DNA of 63,369 nucleotides, filler included, from Theionarchaea archaeon (GTDB lineage Archaea; Methanobacteriota_B; Thermococci; Methanofastidiosales; SZ-28-30): NCBI GenBank assembly GCA_018992565.1. It is 4 parts of 4 records of this genome, joined end to end, with 100 filler letters (N's around TTAATTAATTAA, not from the genome) between each part and the next. Parts side by side here need not be neighbours in the genome. Positions count along the whole stretch, not along the records: positions 57,594 to 63,369 come from JACVGW010000124.1; 3 more parts are not named here. One strand, 5' to 3'. Shown piece by piece: positions 59,299 to 63,369 of this stretch (position 1 is its first letter; each line of letters starts with the position of its first letter). The notes under the pieces were generated by a model. It saw only the letters and a program-made list of their open reading frames with translations, ran no database searches and was not told where the DNA came from. The position numbers and the translations under genes were made by a program.

Positions 59299-60158
59299 CT
59301 TTTCATGTTCTTGTCACCCATTAATTCTGCTATCAGCATGCCAGTAAGGATCAGAAGGCATCCTGCCACCTTTCTGACAGTGAAGGTCTCCCCAACCAGT
59401 ATGTACGAACAGACTGCTGCAAATACAGGTTCAGTGGCAAAAATGACTGCTGTACGGGTGGGGGGGGTATGTCTCTGTGCCAGGTTCTGTACTAAAAAGG
59501 CCATGACGGTGGCGAAAATCGAAGTAATGAGAAGAGCTCTGACCACAATGTTGTTCACAGACCAATACTGACCTGAGCCTGCGGCAAAGGAGAGGAGAGT
59601 CACCATACCTATTTGTATAGTTGTTAACAGCACAGGATCATGGCTCCGGACGTATTTCCCAACCAGAATCAGGTGCATGGCAAAAGCGAATGCGCCTAAG
59701 AGCACCAGTACGTCCCCGTGGTTCACTTCCATTTTCTCCACTGACAGCAGAAAGAGCCCTGCAGCCGCACATCCTACTCCAAGAAAAACAGATTTCCCTG
59801 GGGGCATCTTCAGCAGCCCTGCAGCCAGAAAGGGTACTATGACCACTGAGAGCCCCGTGATGAACCCTGTGTTGGCAGGTGTTGTATACTGCAGTCCTAC
59901 CGTCTGGAACCCGTACCCCAGAAAGAGAAATACTCCAATGAGTGCCCCATGCACGAGTACCGACCTATCCAGGTGACGCAGCCTCTTCCCAGATATCCCT
60001 ACCAGCATGAGAAAACTCAGCGCGAATCGGTAGAACAAAAACCTGAATGGTGAAACAAACAGGAGGGATTCCTTAACCATGACAAAGGTTAAGCCCCACA
60101 CAAAGGCTACAGCCAGCAGTCCTGCGTCACTGAGTTTCACGGTTCCACCTGGAGACAT
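59295..60158 (-). CDS. EamA/DMT-family transporter
   Basis: WGLTF, FQTVGLQYTT, FITGL, IFATEPVFAA. Confidence 0.93.
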   Translation of the reverse strand: MSPGGTVKLSDAGLLAVAFVWGLTFVMVKESLLFVSPFRFLFYRFALSFLMLVGISGKRLRHLDRSVLVHGALIGVFLFLGYGFQTVGLQYTTPANTGFITGLSVVIVPFLAAGLLKMPPGKSVFLGVGCAAAGLFLLSVEKMEVNHGDVLVLLGAFAFAMHLILVGKYVRSHDPVLLTTIQIGMVTLLSFAAGSGQYWSVNNIVVRALLITSIFATVMAFLVQNLAQRHTPPTRTAVIFATEPVFAAVCSYILVGETFTVRKVAGCLLILTGMLIAELMGDKNMKS

Positions 60159-60271
60159 GGACTAAAAGCATTTCGCTTTGGTTATGACTCCTGTAGCCAG
60201 ACTATCTATAGCTGGCAAATAAAACAGCAACTCCACCTTACCGCTCTAAAAAAAGGAGAAAGGAGAAGAAA

Positions 60272-61279
60272 TTATGGAGCTGGAGCCGTAATAGTTCCCC
60301 AGTTGTTTTTCACCGTGTAGATTATGGCTCCGAATCCCAGGCTGACCACAACAATCTGGATGAAAAAGCCTGCCACTGGGATCAAGAACAACAAGTTTAC
60401 CAGAATGAATCCGAGAGCAAAGGTTATGATCCAGTGAGGTTCCACCTTTACCAGCTTCAACAGCCATTCTCCAAAGGCATATGCCACGATAATCCCCGCC
60501 ATCATCATAGCTATGGCAAAGAACAGAGCCAGAAGGACGGCAAATGGCATGCCGACCACGGTGATCAGGAGGATGATCAGCAGGACGCAGGTAACCAATA
60601 TTGCGATGAATCCCAGAACCAGTTTCTTCAGCCAGGATTCTTTGACCTCCTTCTGGATGGTACTGAACAGTGCACCAAACCACTTGATAAACACTAATCC
60701 CAGAAGAAAGAATCCTGTTTTCCACAGAATGCCCAGGACGCTGATTGCAGCCTTCGCTTCTTTTTCTTCTTCAGGAGTAGGAATTTCTTCAACCTGCACG
60801 GTTCCCTTCACAGTGCCTGTGTTGCTGAAGGTCTGAGTCGATACTATCAGGTCTTCCCCGATTTCACCTGCATTGCTCACAGAACCCCCTGCTGCAAAGA
60901 CATATCTCTCAACAACTGCTGAAGATGCAATCTCAATGGTACCACCTGCAGCCACCACTTTTTCCACGTTACCTTTGATGGAAATCATGCCGCCTGCGGC
61001 AATCACCTTGCCTCCAACATCATTGTTCACCTGTACTTGTCCCCCAAAAGCAAGCAAGTCACCAGTAATAGGAGCATTGACCTCAATGGTACCACCTGCA
61101 GCTATTACGTCACCATCAATACGTGCATTAATGCTGATGGTACCTCCAGTAACAAAGAGATCATCATTGATGGGGGTGTCGATAACTACCTGATCTTCGG
61201 ATATGGTCTCCACTGCGCCTATGCTGGGGAGCAGCACTACTACGGAGAGTGCAACAAGGGCCAGCATTGATTTTTTCAT
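60272..61279 (-). CDS. Bactofilin-like beta-helix repeat membrane protein
   Basis: Signal peptide, GDVIAAGGTIEVN-type repeats, C-terminal multi-TM domain. Confidence 0.75.
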   Translation of the reverse strand: MKKSMLALVALSVVVLLPSIGAVETISEDQVVIDTPINDDLFVTGGTISINARIDGDVIAAGGTIEVNAPITGDLLAFGGQVQVNNDVGGKVIAAGGMISIKGNVEKVVAAGGTIEIASSAVVERYVFAAGGSVSNAGEIGEDLIVSTQTFSNTGTVKGTVQVEEIPTPEEEKEAKAAISVLGILWKTGFFLLGLVFIKWFGALFSTIQKEVKESWLKKLVLGFIAILVTCVLLIILLITVVGMPFAVLLALFFAIAMMMAGIIVAYAFGEWLLKLVKVEPHWIITFALGFILVNLLFLIPVAGFFIQIVVVSLGFGAIIYTVKNNWGTITAPAP

Positions 61280-61373
61280 TCTATCACCTCGTATGAAACC
61301 CAGTCCTTCGCACGTTTATAAGGTTTGTCTCAGAAGTTGCAGGGATACAGAGATACGAATGACCTCTGGAGTG

Positions 61374-62702
61374 TTACTCCAGGGTTCGTTCTTTCCATCT
61401 TCCTTTCAAAAACCACGTTACCATCAGTGCACACATCACCAGCATACTCAATCCATAGGCCCAGAAGACACCTGCGAATCCCAGCATTCTGGACATGAGG
61501 ACCATCATAGGGATCTGGAACAGGAGAAATCCCATAAAAGTGATGATCATGGGTGGTTTCGTGTCTCCTGACCCATAGAAAGCACCGCTTAACGGCATGG
61601 AAAACCCCAGAAAGATCAGAAAAGGGGAGACAATCCTGAAGGCAGAAGTCCCCGCCTGAACGACACTCTCTGTCCGATTAAAGAGTATGACCAACTGCGA
61701 GCCAGAGACGAGGAAAAGCACCGCAATGCCCACCATAATTGCTGCACCCATATACCCTGCTTTCAGTGCCGTTTTTTCAGCCTGCCCGGGCTTTTTCGCT
61801 CCCAGGTTGTGGCCCACAAGGGTTCCACATGCCAGATTCAATCCCATCAAAGGCATCCATACCAGTCCCATAAGCCGCAGCATGATCTCCATCCCTGCAA
61901 GAACTGCCATTCCAAAAGCAGAGACAATTCGAATGGCCACCATGCTCGAGATGTTACGCATGAAAGCTTCTGCTCCTGAGGGAATCCCGATTGTGAGAAT
62001 TGTCTTCATGATCTTAAGATCGAATTCCATCTTCGTGTCAATTGTGACAATGTGCTTCCCTGCTGTGACTATAGATAGACCTATGGCAAAACTCACCAGC
62101 TGAGAAACAACAGAGGCTGCAGCAGCCCCTGTCACCCCAAGGTCTAACACAAAAATGAATATGGGGTCCAGGACCAGGTTCATCAAATTGGAGACTATCA
62201 TGATCTTCATGGGAGTTCTTGCATCTCCCACTCCACGCATGGCTGTGAACAGTGTATACCCTGACAACATGAACAAGAATCCCACAGACATGACCCGTCC
62301 ATAAGCCACTCCATACTCAATAACATCCCCTGATCCTCCCAGAGCAACAATGATGGGCTGCACTAGAATGACGCCTGTAATGCAAAAAATCCCTGCAATC
62401 ATCAGCTTGAGAAAGAGAGTCTGCTTCACAACCTCATTGACTCTCTGAAAATTCCGTGCACCGTAATGACGTGCAATCAGAGCAACGCTGCCCACGCCCA
62501 CCACTTCATTAAAAACAATGACAAATTCAAAGAATATTCCAAAGAGGGCAACTGCCGCAATTTGTTCATATCCCAGTTTTCCCACCCAGAAAATATCCAC
62601 AATATTATATAATGTTCCAAAAAACATTCCCAGAATAGAGGGGAGTGCAATATGACGTAAGGCCTGTGAGATATCCATTTCTGTGAAATCTGTTCGTTCC
62701 AT
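61374..62702 (-). CDS. MATE-family efflux transporter
   Basis: LYNIVDIFWVGKLG, RGVGDARTPM, NLVLDPIFI, GSGDTKPPM. Confidence 0.95.
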   Translation of the reverse strand: MERTDFTEMDISQALRHIALPSILGMFFGTLYNIVDIFWVGKLGYEQIAAVALFGIFFEFVIVFNEVVGVGSVALIARHYGARNFQRVNEVVKQTLFLKLMIAGIFCITGVILVQPIIVALGGSGDVIEYGVAYGRVMSVGFLFMLSGYTLFTAMRGVGDARTPMKIMIVSNLMNLVLDPIFIFVLDLGVTGAAAASVVSQLVSFAIGLSIVTAGKHIVTIDTKMEFDLKIMKTILTIGIPSGAEAFMRNISSMVAIRIVSAFGMAVLAGMEIMLRLMGLVWMPLMGLNLACGTLVGHNLGAKKPGQAEKTALKAGYMGAAIMVGIAVLFLVSGSQLVILFNRTESVVQAGTSAFRIVSPFLIFLGFSMPLSGAFYGSGDTKPPMIITFMGFLLFQIPMMVLMSRMLGFAGVFWAYGLSMLVMCALMVTWFLKGRWKERTLE

Positions 62703-62811
62703 CGACTACGATCTCTCATCATGTTTATAAGATTTGTCCTGGAAGAGATGGGCTACAAAGCGGTGCAATTACCACTACCAATCCTTTTATGAGGGATGCC
62801 ATAGTGGATGC

Positions 62812-63369
62812 ATGTCACAAGCCAAGCACAGCATCAACCTGGCCATAGCGGGGTGCCTCCTGGGTACTATATCGACCTTTTCTGCTGTGCTGAGAGACAA
62901 TGGAATTTCCTCGTTTCAACAATCGTTTTCCCGGACCTTTTTTGCACTCTTGTTCATTCTGGTCATTTTCTTCATCAGGAAAATCAATTTCTTGATTCCA
63001 AGGAAAGAAATACCTTACTATACAATTTTGGGAATGATCATGGCAGCTGTTGGGTTTTTTGAGAATTCAGCTGTAGCCCTGGGGACCCCTGTTGCTGTGG
63101 TTGTCTTGTTTTTGTATACCCAGCCTGCATGGACTGCTCTCCTGGGAAAGATACTATTCCAGGAGCAACTAACCTGGGTGAGGAGGACTGCAGTCATTAC
63201 AGCCTTCTGTGGCATTATTCTTATCAGTGAAGTGTGGAGCGTCTCCAGCTTCAACTTTGCTGGTGGGGCTATTGCTCTTGCTGCAGGGATATTGCTCTCT
63301 GTGGAATTCATCATGATCAAGTCCCTCTCGCTGAAGCCGAGACACTTTCTGGTGAGTATCTTCTGGTTC
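62812..63369 (+). CDS. EamA/DMT-family transporter (runs off window)
   Basis: Hand translation MSQAKHSINLAIAGCLLG...PVAVVVLFLYTQPAWTALLGKILFQE. Confidence 0.8.
   Translation, partial: MSQAKHSINLAIAGCLLGTISTFSAVLRDNGISSFQQSFSRTFFALLFILVIFFIRKINFLIPRKEIPYYTILGMIMAAVGFFENSAVALGTPVAVVVLFLYTQPAWTALLGKILFQEQLTWVRRTAVITAFCGIILISEVWSVSSFNFAGGAIALAAGILLSVEFIMIKSLSLKPRHFLVSIFWF

Noticed and set aside
207..63320. Many short ORFs antisense to or nested in called genes
   Set aside because: Shadow ORFs with no motifs or translation signals.

Overview
Archaeal draft-genome (MAG-like) sequence. It is at least four scaffolds joined by artificial N-TTAATTAATTAA-N spacers (25751-25850, 51426-51525, 57494-57593), with seven internal 100-N gaps, so synteny across the spacers means nothing. 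Archaeal origin is supported by a tRNA-splicing endonuclease, a tetraether lipid synthase (Tes/MJ0619 family), Lrp and GbsR-type regulators, TATA boxes, GGAGGTGA Shine-Dalgarno (SD) sites and oligo-T terminators. Gene content (peptidases, CoA-transferase, acyl-CoA dehydrogenase, 2-oxoacid oxidoreductase gamma subunit, beta-propeller surface proteins) fits an anaerobic peptide fermenter, perhaps Theionarchaea-like (inference). About 60 CDS; I recognised no rRNA, tRNA, CRISPR array or transposase. Most interesting: (1) a tightly coupled 7-gene operon (radical SAM/SPASM with a non-canonical CX4CX2C motif, CrtI-like flavoprotein, UbiA prenyltransferase, ThDP enzyme, M29-like metalloprotein, FAD oxidoreductase, CCG Fe-S protein) that looks like an uncharacterised isoprenoid lipid/cofactor pathway; (2) a secreted 120-aa peptide with eight Thr-Cys repeats, resembling a ribosomally made, post-translationally modified peptide (RiPP) precursor, behind a tandem Lrp-like protein; (3) a GbsR-like regulator overlapping tes, with a candidate operator; (4) an NPP1/Vps62-like protein with a peptidoglycan-binding-like segment; (5) a >1,900-aa surface protein.
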